Source: Eledone cirrhosa (taxonomy: Eukaryota). Taken from it: 64,000 nt of DNA. How positions within the stretch are numbered: the first letter of the stretch is position 1; each line of letters opens with the position of its first letter. This document shows positions 39,392 to 53,147 of this stretch, in pieces. The translations under genes and the position numbers were made by a program. The notes under the pieces are model-generated. The model was not told where the DNA came from and ran no database searches. It saw nothing but the letters and a program-made list of their open reading frames with translations. The stretch spans positions 36,084,001-36,148,000 of the forward strand of contig OZ024757.1 in the NCBI GenBank assembly GCA_964016885.1. Reading direction: 5' to 3'.

Positions 39392-40642
39392 AGTATATAT
39401 ATATATATGTATGTATATGTATGTATATATATGTATATATATATATGTATGTATATATATGTATATATGTATATATATATATGTATGTATATATATGTAT
39501 ATATGTATATATATGTATGTATGTATATATATGTATATATATATATGTATGTATATATATGTATATATAAATATGTATGTATATATGTGTATATATATAT
39601 GTATGTATATATGTATATATATATATGTATATATATATATGTATGTATATATATGTATATATATATATATGTATATACATATGTATATATGTGTATATAT
39701 GTATATATGTGTATATATGTATATATATATATATATGTATATGTATATATATGTGTATATATATATGTATATGTATATATATGTGTATATGTATATATAT
39801 GTATATATATGTATATATATATGTATATATATATATATGTATATATATATATGTATATATGTATATGTATGTATATGTATATATATATATATGTATATGT
39901 ATATATATATGTATATATATATATATATGTATATATATATGTATATATATATATATATGTATATATATATGTATATATATATATATGTATATATATATAT
40001 GTATATATGTATATATATATATGTATATATGTATATGTATATATATATATATGTATATGTATATACATATATGTATATATATGTATATATATATATATGT
40101 ATATATATATGTATATATATATGTATATGTATATATATATATGTATATGTATATACATATATGTATATATATATGTATATGTATATATATATATGTATAT
40201 GTATATACATATATATATATGTATATGTATATATATATATGTATATGTATATACATATATGTATATATATATGTATATATATATGTATATATATGTATAT
40301 ATGTATATATATGTATATATATATGTATATATATGTATATATGTATATATATGTGTATATATGTATATATATATGCATGTATATGTATATGTATATATGT
40401 ATATATATGTATATGTATATATATATATGTATATAATTATATGTATATGTGTGTATATATATATATATATGTATATAATTATATGTATATGTATATATAT
40501 ATAATTATATGTATATAATTATATGTATATAATTATATGTATGTATATATATATATATGTATATAATTATATGTATATATATATATATATATGTATATAA
40601 TTATATGTATATATATATGTATATATATATATATGTATATAT
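37477..40642. repeat. ~3.1-kb (TA)n/(TATG) array containing a Penelope 3' fragment at 38481-38625
   Basis: Direct inspection. The insert matches the reverse complement of 20997-21120. Confidence 0.95.
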
Positions 40643-40644
40643 AA

Positions 40645-41283
40645 CTTTGAAATGTTTTGGCCAGTATTGGCCCAGGCCATGTCTAACTTAATAGCACCAC
40701 CTGGCGAAGTCTTTCAATTCAGGATTTGGGCACCATGGCCCATTCGAGAAGAGAATTACTGTTTGCGGAGACATATCCGGGTGTGGGTGGTTTGTCCGGG
40801 ATTACTTGGAGGAATTTGTCCAAAGACTTCTTGAATTTTGTGTGGTCAGTTTCTGTTTTGACGTGTCCTGGTGTGATGTTGAAGAGAGCAGGGCCGATTG
40901 AGGTGAAATAATTGTGCCGTATTGTTGTTATGAGTTGCGATTTAGATTTTTGTATGGGACGGATAGCAAGGGGCCCAAGCCTTGGGTGTATCTTGAAGGC
41001 GATGCCAACATCATTTGGGCAGTGATGATGGAACATTTTCCACATCATGCAGATAATATAACGCTCACGGCGACGTTGGAGTGAGTAAAGTTTCAGGTTT
41101 TCTAGTCGACCCCAGTAGTCAAGGTCTGACATGCCATCTATCTTTTTCGTGATTGCCCTTTGAGGAGCTTCAAGTTTCATGATACTTTGTTTCGTGTGGG
41201 GAGACCACAGTGGACAACAGTATTCAAGGTGTGGTCGGGCAAAAGTAGAGAAGAGAAGGATAATGGTGTGGGAATCTCTCGAC
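40645..41283 (-). mobile_element. CR1-group LINE 3' fragment
   Basis: RPHLEYCCPLWSP...LE..QR..TK.I......Y..RL..LKLYSLQRRRERY...FKKSLDKFL..IPDKP. Confidence 0.85.
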
Positions 41284-41650
41284 TGACACACGACCGTGAC
41301 CTCTGGCGTCACACAGTAATACAGAGTACCCGACCTACCATGGGTACAAGCTGAAGCATATAGACAATATGTCCCCACACCTCCCACCGCAAGGTGGTCG
41401 TGGAGGTGCCATGGCAAAAAAGCACCCAGCCCACACTGTAAAGTGGACGTGTAGGCGCCACGAAAAAGCACCCAGCACTCACTGTAAATGAGGTTGGTGT
41501 TAGGAAGGGCATCCAGCTGTAGAAATCAAGCCAAATCAGTTCCTGTATGAGCAAGGCATGGTCTGCCGACCAGACACTGCCCACGACAGGACAACCCGTC
41601 TAACCCATGCTAGCGTGGAAGAACGGACGTAAAACGGTGATGATGATGAT
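41284..41650 (+). mobile_element. RTE family A 3' end and UTR
   Basis: THDRDLWRHTVIQSTRP, then UTR and (GAT)n. Same as 34490-34840 and 56155-56525. Confidence 0.85.
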
Positions 41651-41685
41651 GTGATGTGATGTATGTATATATATATGTATGTATA

Positions 41686-41744
<59 letters not shown>

Positions 41745-41796
41745 TTATCCGATATCTGCATTGCTTTATTGTACTACAATAAAACTCACCTCCTAC

Positions 41797-41835
<39 letters not shown>

Positions 41836-42038
41836 GTGTGTCTGTGTGTATCTGTGTGTGTGTGTGTGTATATCTGTATATATGTGTGTGTGTGTATCTG
41901 TATATATGTGTGTGTGTATCTGTATATATATGTGTGTGTGTGTATCTGTATATATATGTGTGTATGTATCCGTATATATATATATATATAATTATTTACA
42001 TAGATACACAGGTGACTATTGTGTACACAACACACACA

Positions 42039-42081
<43 letters not shown>

Positions 42082-42336
42082 CACTCATAGTAGCTGATTA
42101 TGTGTGCAGTAGTAGTAACAGCACGAGTAGTGTTGGTGACGTTTCACGACCATAAACCATTATTGAATATAGATCTACTGTCCTTGACCTTGTTATATGA
42201 ATGTTGTGTTGAGACATGTCCTTTATTTTCACCTTCCCCTTTTCTCTTCCCCTATTTCCTTGCCTTCCTTTCTCTTGCTCTACCTTATTTTGGTCCCACC
42301 CCTACATTCTCAATCTCGTATTATACACATTATATC

Positions 42337-42372
<36 letters not shown>

Positions 42373-42593
42373 GTATGTATGTATATATATAATGTATGTA
42401 TGTATATATATAATGTATGTATGTATATATATAATGTATGTGTGTATGTATGTACTAAGACTGTTTCTTGCATCTCTATGTTTGTGTTGTTATTTCTTTA
42501 ATATATATATAATAATAATAAATTTGAAGACTCAAATCGAAAGAGGGCTCGATAAGGGTAAATATATATCAAATATATAAGATCCGTTAATAA

Positions 42594-42634
<41 letters not shown>

Positions 42635-42635
<1 letters not shown>

Positions 42636-42828
42636 AGGAACATGTTTAACCCCGACGGCAGAGCTCAAGCTGTTTCGGCGGCTATTTCTGGACTGTAATA
42701 GCCGTCGAAACGGCTTGAGCTCTGCCGTCGGGGTTAAACATTTTCCTATTACCCACTCTACTACCCTAAGTATTGAGTACTCTGGTGCGTTATGGTCCAT
42801 CTGATTCCTTACCACACCCCCTTCGTTA
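42635..42828 (+). mobile_element. Palindrome-plus-tail element (114-nt hairpin), paralog of 14644-14838
   Basis: TAGGAACATGTTTAACCCCGACGGCAGAGCTCAAGC.GTTTCG.CGGCTATT and its complement, followed by the shared tail. Confidence 0.75.
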
Positions 42829-42883
42829 TATATATATATATGTATAGTTACATTTGTATAAATACGGTGTCTATAACTGCGCT

Positions 42884-42914
<31 letters not shown>

Positions 42915-43025
42915 TTATATATAATTTTTATGTGTGTGTGTGTGTGTGTGTAGCTATAAATGTTTGTGTATGTTTATTGGCGGTTATACGTAATCTTACA
43001 CACATACACACTTTAAATGTATTGC

Positions 43026-43069
<44 letters not shown>

Positions 43070-43513
43070 GTGTGTGTGTGTGTGTGTACACGGCACTGTA
43101 TTATGTACTTAATTCTTATATTCAGTCACACACACATTCTGATTATATATATAGACATTTTAAATACATTATGTGTGTGTTTGTGTTAGTTGACTTGTAT
43201 ATACATATATATACACTCACTGATATACATACATAAACAATCTTTGACACACAGAATTAAAATGCATTATCGGTAGATTGGCAGTATCAGTAGAGAGTCG
43301 GACGCCATGTTTTCTACCATAGTTACGTCCCTTTACGGTCTGAGTTCAAATCCCGCCGAGGTTCACTTTGCCTTTCATCCTTACGGGGTCGATAAAATAA
43401 AGTACCAGTAATGCACTGGGTAATTGCTGGCCTTGTGCCAAAAGTAGAAACAATTATATTGTATACATATATACAGACACACGTATACCCACCCAAAGAC
43501 ACACATGTACACA

Positions 43514-43567
<54 letters not shown>

Positions 43568-44189
43568 TAGCAAAGTTTTAGTGTTAGATTTGAAATAAAA
43601 CTGCCCCTCCCCCAAGTTTCTGATTGTTTTAACCCATGGTCAGCCCTGATCAGACCAATGATCATAAACCCTAGGTTTCTGATTTTGGCACAAAGCAATT
43701 TTGGTGGAAGAGATAGTCAAATAAATCAACCCCACTGCATTACTGGTACTTTATTTTATGGACTCCGTGTGGAGGAAAGCCAAAGCTAATATCGGTGGTA
43801 TTTGAACTCAGGATATAAAGGGCCGTATCTCTGTCGCGAAGCAAGGTGTCTGACACTCAACCGATGCTATGAACTAGATAATTGTTTCTACTTTTAGCAC
43901 AAGGCCAGCAATTATCCCAGTGTATTACTGGTACTTTATTTTATCGACCCCCGTAAGGATGTAAGGCAAAGTTAACCTTGGCGAGATTTGAACTCAGATC
44001 ATAAAGAGCCATAACTCTATGTTGCAATACATAGCGTCCGTCCCTCTACTGATACTGCCAATCCACTGCTATGAACTATTGGTAATGAAGTTGACACTAA
44101 TGTGACCAACAACTGTACTAAATTAACTAAAATCAGAGGATTGGCTGAACATTTTTACCAAGATTGTTGCAGAAAAGGGTCCCTCCTCT

Positions 44190-45030
44190 ATGGAGCTCTA
44201 CCCCCTTCATGACAGTATTTTAGCAAGGAATCATACCTCCCCCACCATAGAGCTCTACCCCCTTCTCCTGACTATTTTAGTAAGGAATCATACCTCCCCC
44301 ACAATAGAGTTCTACCCCCTTCTCCTGACTATTTTAGCAAGGAATCATACCTCCCCCACAATAGAGTTCTACCCCCTTCATGACAGTATTTTAGCAAGGA
44401 ATCATACCTCCCCCACAATAGAGCTCTACCCCCTTCATGACAGTATTTTAGCAAGAAATCATACCTCCCCTACCATAGAGCTCTACCCCCTCTCCTGACT
44501 ATTTTAACAAGGAATCATACCTCCCCCACAATAGAGTTCTACCCCCTTCATGACAGTATTTTAGCAAGGAATCATACCTCCCCCACAATAGAGCTCTACC
44601 CCCTTCATGACAGTATTTTAGCAAGAAATCATACCTCCCCCACCATAGAGCTCTACCCCCTTCATGATAGTATTTTAGCAAGGAATCATACCTCCCCCAC
44701 AATAGAGTTCTACCCCCTTCATGACAGTATTTTAGCAAGAAATCATACCTCCCCCACCATAGAGCTCTACCCCCTTCATGACAGTATTTTAGCAAGAAAT
44801 CATACCTCCCCCACAATAGAGTTCTACCCCCTTCATGACAGTATTTTAGCAAGGAATCATACCTCCCCCACAATAGAGCTCTACCCCCTTCATGACAGTA
44901 TTTTAGCAAGGAATCATACCTCCCCCACAATAGAGTTCTACCCCCTTCATGACAGTATTTTAGCAAGGAATCATACCTCCCCCACCATAGAGCTCTACCC
45001 CCTTCATGACAGTATTTTAGCAAGGAATCA
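44190..45030. repeat. 57-bp minisatellite, ~14.5 copies
   Basis: GAGCTCTACCCCCTTCATGACAGTATTTTAGCAAGGAATCATACCTCCCCCACAATA units. Confidence 0.95.
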
Positions 45031-46739
45031 TTAAGGTTTCTTATTTTGTGTTAAATTACTGTTTGAGGGAAGACTACACATATCTTACGGCAGAATTATT
45101 AGAACGTCAGATAGAATGCTTTGTTGTATTTGTTCTTACTCTCTGCATCCCGAGTTCAAATCCTACCGAGTTCTCACTTCCTTTCTCTCCATCTCTGGAA
45201 GAAATCTGCACTACTCAGGCCTGAGAGAAAATATATTAACATTTGTTTTATTTCCTCCAACAGGAAGCCAAGGGTTAAAGTTTACATGTTTTATACCTTT
45301 ACTGGAATAGTCTACACCACTTCCCACCAGCACACTGTGTGTGTAATACATTTGAACTTCTGACCCCTCTGGTTTCTGATCCCTTGCTGGAGGAAATATA
45401 AGAAATACTTAGGCTGACCAAGATACTTTCATGGAATGACCAAATGAGGTTTATCTTACAAAATAATCCCTGTAAAGAAACAATGCTGTTATTAAGAGTT
45501 GAATTTTTTGCATGTAAGATTTCACATCTCTAGCATCACTCCTTCATAGCCAGCCTATGAACTTTTCAGCCCACCTTCGTATACATATATAGGCCTAATG
45601 GCTGAAACCAGTAAACCAACAAGATTCAAGAGTTCATACATTCTAAAAATGTATGAGGGTAAATTAAATGAATGTGATGAGTTATTTTTTCAGTCACCAC
45701 ACCTATATATTCACAGATTGAACTCAAACATACCGTGTGTGTTTGTATATTTATATATATCTATCTGTAACTTCTTCAAATCTTCACACACACACCACCA
45801 TCATCATCATCGTCATTTTTACATTTGTTTTCCATGCTTGCATGGGTTGGACGTGTCCCTTTCAGCACAGCATCTCTCCACTCATGTTCTTTTGTCATCT
45901 CCTTTGTCCAGGTCTTTCTTGGTCTACCTCTACTCTTGCTTCATTCCACTGGGATTTCTTGGCCCTTCTTCACCCATTGATCATCATCCATGTGCAACAC
46001 GTCTGCACCAATGCAGTCTCTTGCACACCACTTTGAGTTCCTCTATGTCAGTTATTTTGTCACAATCAGTTCATTTTCCAGTTACAAGGTTCTCGGATCT
46101 AACCCTACATTTCTCCCTGCAATAGTTATTTCTCCAAAGTTACTCATGCATTCTGTATGTTATTTCTACATACATGCTGGTCCTGTAATTATATCCTAAA
46201 AATGAATTATTAAAATATTATTCTTATCTTTGGAAGTATGGTTAGATAGTGTTGAGTAAAGTTTGGAAGTAGAAATAACATAGTCTTAATAATGGCTCAT
46301 TTCAACTGACTGAACAAGATGGTTATTAGCTCCATGGCTTTATACACCCTCTTATTAAGGCTGTTATTTAGTTAAATGTTATGGCGAAGCCTTATATTTC
46401 TAGTTCAATTTTCATTCTTATCTTTAATTATACTTCCACTTGTCAATAATCAACATAAAAACTATCAGTTATTTTATTTCATTAGTTTATCAAAACAAAA
46501 ACTTCCAAGTTGTGATTCTTCAAATATTTGGTAAGCCTCTAAAATATGGCTAGAAAAGTTGGATTCCATAGATTTATATATTCAACACTATTGCCCTCAT
46601 TTTTTACGTCATAGGAAGATTTGTGTGTGAGTGCGCAGACACATACACACCACACACACATTGGTGGGTGTGTATGTATGGTGTATATACATATGGGTGT
46701 GTATGTATGGTGTATATACATATGGGTGTATAGATATGT

Positions 46740-47114
46740 GTATATATATATATCCATATATATATATATATATAGATATATATATATGTATATATATGGA
46801 TATATATATATGTATATGTATATATATGGATATATATATATATATATATGGATATATATATATATATATATATGGATATATATATATATATGGATATATG
46901 TATATATATATGGATATATATATATATGGATATATATATATATATGGATATATATATATATATATGGATATATATATATATGGATATATATATATATATA
47001 TGGATATATATATATATATATGGATATATATATATATATGGATATATGGATATATATATATATGGATATATATATATATATATATGGATATACATATATA
47101 TATATATATATATG

Positions 47115-47197
<83 letters not shown>

Positions 47198-47592
47198 ATA
47201 TATATATATATATATATGGATATATATATATATATATATATATATATGGATATATATATATATATATATGGATATATATATATATATATATGGATATATA
47301 TATATATATATATATATGGATATATATATATGGATATATATGGATATATATATATATATATATATGGAGATATATATATATATATGGATATATATATATA
47401 TATATATATATATGGATATATATATATGGATATATATGGATATATATATATATATATATATGGAGATATATATATATCCATATATATCCATATATATATG
47501 GATATATATATATATGGATATATATGGATATATATATATATGGATATATATATATATATGGATATATATGGATATATATATATATGGATATA
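46740..47592. repeat. (TA)n array interrupted by GG (ATATATGG variant)
   Basis: The same variant occurs at 48355-48480 and 51806-52460. Confidence 0.95.
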
Positions 47593-47759
47593 TTTTTTGT
47601 CGTGACACCTACACGATCTCATTTGTTTCGGCCTGGATGGTGTGTCACCAACATAACTTTACATAGAAGGGGGGGCGGTGTGGATGGGGTGGGGGTGGTG
47701 GGACGGGGGTGTATTTTGTTAGAGATGCCTACTGACTGTAGTAGGTTTTACTTTGTATT

Positions 47760-48076
47760 TAGGTAAGGCGGGTCTTCTCTATTATTGAGTACCGCCAAAG
47801 GTCACGGTCCAGTGACATTGTCTTGGTAAGGTGTAAGTGTGTGAGGTCGGAGTTTATCAGCTCGTCCCAGGTTTTTCTGGGTCTGCCTATTCCGTGGCTA
47901 CCGTCTATCTTTATTGCCCTGCACTTTGTTATACAGCTATCGTCCTTCATGCGCATCACGTGACCATACCAATGTAGCCTTCTCTCGAGTAAACAACATC
48001 TGATCCCTCTTATTTCTAATTTTTTCCTTAGTTCGTTTATGCTTTGTCGTTCACGTATATTACTATTACACATCCA
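47760..48076 (-). mobile_element. RTE family A 3' piece (continuation of 52781-53055)
   Basis: WMCNSNIRERQSINELR...[13 protein letters not shown]...GRPRKTW. Confidence 0.85.
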
Positions 48077-48497
48077 TCCAGGCCGAAACAAATGAGATCG
48101 TGTAGGTGTCACGACAAAAAAACACACAGTCCACGCTGTAATGTGGCCGTGTAGGCAACACGGTAAAAACCTCCCAGACCCACACTGTAAATGTGGTTGG
48201 TGTTAGGAAGGGCATCCAACTGTAGAAAACCTGCCACACAGTCCTATGCGAGCAAGACAATCACTCTTGCCTCAAGTGGGAAAACCTCCGTCCAAACCCA
48301 TGCAAGCGTGGAACACGGACGTTAAACGATGATGATGATGATGATGATGATGATGATATATGGATATATATATATATGGATATATATGGATATATATATA
48401 TATGGATATATATATATATATATATATATGGATATATATATATATGGATATATATATATATGGATATATATATATATATATATATCTATCTATCTAT

Positions 48498-51400
48498 CTA
48501 AGGCGGGTAAAATTCCCGAGATCCATGGACGAGTTCTCTCCAGCGGTCTCTGTCCCTCATTATCGCTGCCATATCCTGCATCTCCAACAGACCAGTGTCT
48601 GTCCTTAGGGCATCAACATATGTTAACCTTGGTCTTCCTCTTCTAGTGTGTCCATGTAGGGGCTCCCAAAGGAGCACTGAGTGCAATGTTAACTCTGGAT
48701 GTCGGTGAGCATGTCCAGCCAACCTCAGTCTCCTCTGTGTCACTTTTGAGCTGACTTTTGGGATGCTCCCATACAGCTCTGAGTTTTTCATCCTCAGTGT
48801 ATACTGATTAATGTTCAGAGCCATCCTCAGCATTCTCGTGTAGCACCCATCCACCATCTGAGTGAGTCTCTTGGTCAGTGTCCAAGTCTCAGACCCATAC
48901 AGCAGCACAGACTCCACTACAGCAATGAAGAGGCGGATTTTCAGGTCTCTACGAAGGTCCGACTTCCACACCGATCTCAAGCTGTGACATGTCGCCCAGG
49001 CCTTGCTCTTCCTCTCAACCACATCATCTTCCATATTCCCAATCTTTGCTCCCAAATACAGGAAGTCCTCAACCAATTCCAGTGGCTTCCCGCCTACATT
49101 AGTGATCCCCTCTGGCTTCTCAACATTCTCTACCAGATATTTTGTTTTAGTCTCATTCATTCTCAGCCCCACACTCATCGACACAGTCTCAACCTTCCGC
49201 ATCAAATCCTCTGCCTCCTTCACTGTATTTGTCACCAAAACTATGTCGTCGGCAAATTCAGCATCCAATACCTTTTTCGCCCCAACTCTCCTGCTCTGAG
49301 CCGGTGCTACAGTAAAGCCAGAGTCCTGGTGTTTCTCCAGTGCAAGGCGCATACAATAGCACTACGATGATAAAAAGGTAGGGAGCCAATGTATCTCCCT
49401 GGAGCACTCCAGCCAGTATCTCAAAGAACTCTGTCATCCCATCAGGTGTAATGACTTGGGCTTTGGTGTTGGTGTAGAGCAGTGATATCAGGTCCACTAT
49501 CCTCTTGGGGATTCCATAAGCCTGTAAGATCTTCATCAGGCAGTAACGGTCCACAGAATCAAAGGCCTTCCTAAAGTCAATGAAAACCATGACCGCAGGA
49601 AGGCACTTTGCTCTAGCTCCCTCTAATATCCTCCTCAGCATCAGGATGTGACTGGTGGTTGATCTACCCTCTCTGAAGCCGTTCTGGTTGTCCCTGAGCT
49701 TCTTCTCCATCTCAGGCTGGATCCTGTTAAGAATCATCCTGTTGAGGGTCTTTGCCACAAGTGACGTCAGTGAGATCCCCCGGTAGTTGTTGGTGTTCGA
49801 GAGATCTCCCTTCTTTGGCACTGGAACGATGTTACTGATCCTCCACTGATTCGGGGCAACTCCTTTCTCCAGTGCCCCGTTACAGAACCCCAAGATGATA
49901 TCATCAAAATCACACCTCTTCATCACCTCTGATGCCACTCCATCCTCTCCATGAGCCTTGCCCTCCTTGATCTTCTTCTTGGCTCTCTGAAGCTCCTCTC
50001 TGGTGAAGGGCTCTGTCTCAACATCCAGTTCCTCAAACAGCCGCCTGATCTCCCCAGTGCTCTGGGCTGTGGAGGGTGGCTCTCCTAGTAGGGTCCTAAA
50101 ATGGTCTAGCCATTTCCTCTTCCTATCCTCGGGCCCCGTTCCCTGGATCTGACTCGAACACCTTTTCTTCCTCCCTGTGATCTCGTTGATGATCATCCAG
50201 CTCTCCTTACATCCAGATCTGTCAACCGCTCTCTCCACACTTCTGATCTTCTCTAACAGTGCCTCCTCTCTGACCTCAGTGTAAGCGGTACAGAGCTCTT
50301 CCCTCATCACCTCCACAGTCTCCATCCTCTCCTCCGTAGGATCAGCATAGAATTGGTCCCTGGCAGCTTTCAGGTGTTCTCTGGCTGCACACACTTTTGG
50401 GTTTGCAGAGCTGACGTGCTTCCCTTTGTTCTTTTTCCTCGGCACCAGGGTTTCACTTGCTTTCGCCACTGCATTGGTGAAGTGCCCGTACCTCCTCGTC
50501 ACACTCTCCTCAGTCCATCCAATTTCTCTCTCCTCTGACTCTCCACACAGAGCACTAAACCTGTTTCTCACTTCCACTGTGAACCTCTCCTGTAGCTTAT
50601 CATCTTCCTTGAAAGCTCCCCAGTCATAGATTGTTCTCCGGGGCTGAGCCTTGCTCTTTCTTAAGCTCACGCGGACCTCACTCATAACAAGCCGGTGGTC
50701 ACTACCCAGTGTACTGAAATAGCTGTATGGTTCCGTGTTCAGAACACTATTCCGCCACTTTTTCCTCACCAGAATGAAATCAATCTGGGACTTGGACAGG
50801 TGCATATCTGAGATGTAGGTCCACATCTTCCCCAGATTCTTCCTAAACCTTAGGTTGGTCGCCATCAAGTTCGCCTCCAGCAGGGTGTCTCTCAGTAGTC
50901 TTCCATTTCGGTTGGTGTTGTTATGGAAGTACCAGCAAGGATCTTCACTGCCCTCCTTACTCAGATGTGCATTGAAGTCCCCCAAAACAAGCAGGATATT
51001 GTGTGCCTGAGTGGTGTTGACAGCTCTACACACCTCCTCATGGAACTCCTCGGCATTCACATCACTGTCCCCCTCGGTTGGACTATAGGCTGAGATGACT
51101 GTCAGTCTTGGGTTTCCATTGAAGGTCACCCTCAACACTCGCGGGGAGATAGGCATTATTTCCCTCACCAACAGATTGGTTTTTGCACTGAACACAAAAC
51201 CCACTCCTCCTACTGCAGCATTTGTTGTGTTCTTCACTGCCGATGTAGTGATGAGCTGGCTCTTCCTCCCGATCATCACACTCCTCACGGGCTCATCGTG
51301 TAGAATCCTGTGTTCTTGGATCGCAAGTATCTGTATACCACTCTCCTCGAACAGATGTCCCAACTCCTCTCTCTTCTCCAGCGTTCGAATAGTCCTCACA

Positions 51401-51805
51401 TTCAAATTGCCCATTTTGATGGCTCTTGTGCAGGACAAAACTGCATTCTTTATATTTGTCTCAGAGACAGCTGATCCATCATCCACTGGCCCTCTCTGTG
51501 GCTCTAAGCCAGCAGAGTCATAACAACCAAGCTGCTCCTTGACAGTGTAATTAGGGGCTCTAACCCTAGTGCTGTTAGATCGACTCTCCATATTTCTTTT
51601 CAATGGCTGACAATACCTTACCGGCGCCACTCGAATAAGGTAGTTATTTAACCCATAAATGGAGCCCTAACAGGTACTACCACCCCGGGCCAGGGCAGAC
51701 CTGGGAGTCATGACAACTAAGGGGTAACTCCACATTCCCCACATCTCCTGAACTCCCGAACTGGAGCCTTGCCACTGGATGTAGTTTAATGTCATACCCA
51801 GGACA
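48498..51805 (-). mobile_element. Near-full-length RTE-clade LINE (family B): 5' UTR plus APE-RT ORF with one frameshift near 49363
   Basis: APE motifs NLNVRT, AIQEHR, SAYSPT, GDFNAH, QIDFILV, SDH. RT motifs YRGISL, QNGFREGRST, DFRKAFDSV, QGDTLAP, FADD, FLYLG. ATG at 51591 and stop at 48498. Confidence 0.95.
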
Positions 51806-51870
51806 TATATATATATGGATATATATATATATATGGATATATATATATATATGGATATATATATATATAT

Positions 51871-51908
<38 letters not shown>

Positions 51909-52286
51909 AGATATATATATATATATGGAGATATATATATATATGTATATATATATATGGATATATATATGTATATATATATATGGATATATATATATAT
52001 ATATATATATGGATATATATATATATATATATGGATATATATATATATATATGGCTATATATATATATATATATATATATGGATATATATATATATATGG
52101 ATATATATATATATATATATGGATATATATATATATATATGGATATATATATATATGGATATATATATATATGGATATATATATATATATGGATATATAT
52201 ATATATGGATATATATATATATATATGGATATATATATATATACATGGATATATATATATATATATATATATGGATATATATATAT

Positions 52287-52320
<34 letters not shown>

Positions 52321-52406
52321 ATATATATATATATATATATGGATATATATATATATATGGATATATATATATGGATATATATATATATATATGGATATAT
52401 ATATAT

Positions 52407-52460
<54 letters not shown>

Positions 52461-52532
52461 ATAGCTTCCAACAGTAATGGTTGCATTTTTTAAGGGTATG
52501 TCAATATTTATTTATAAAACTGATCTATATTA

Positions 52533-52597
52533 TATTTTGTCTGATGAAAACACACCATAATTTAACGTGGTGTCCTTGAAATATGTATAATAAAATA
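52533..52597 (+). ncRNA. Type I hammerhead ribozyme motif (homolog of 3468-3533)
   Basis: TATTTTGT-CTGATGA-[ACACCAT/GTGGTGT]-GAAA-TATGTA-TA-ATAAAATA. Lies within element 52490-52735, homologous to 3426-3675. Confidence 0.75.
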
Positions 52598-52780
52598 AAT
52601 AAATATAGTTTTATAAATATAGTTTCCATTTGTTAATATCGTATGTTTACTCCAAATAATTGTTGAGTGCTTTATATCAGTTATAAAAATATTTGCTTGT
52701 TGTATCCCAACAATTTAAATAGAACTTTTGCATATATGGATATATATATATGGATAGTGGTTAGAGCACATGGCTTTGTG

Positions 52781-53088
52781 GTATATTACTATTACACATC
52801 CAGCGGAGCATGCAAGCTTTGTTCCTCTCCAGTCTGCATATATCCTCTTACACAATGCCCAGGTCTCACTGCCATGTAACATTGCTGTTCGTATGCAGGC
52901 ATCATACAGCCTGCCTTTCATTTTTAGAGAGAACCCTTTAGCGGCTAATAGTGGTATAAGCTCTCTGAACTTTTTCCATCCCGTTCTGACTCTAGCTACT
53001 GTACTTTCAGAGCACCCTCCACCACTGCTGATTTTGTCACCCAAGTAACGGAAGATATATATATATATACACACTGAGGTACATGGTG

Positions 53089-53147
<59 letters not shown>

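Noticed and set aside
37314-40518. Very long Y/I/M/C-rich ORFs (also at 14.8-16.1, 46.6-47.7 and 51.8-52.5 kb)
   Set aside because: These are translations of (TA)n/(TATG)n, which contain few stop codons.
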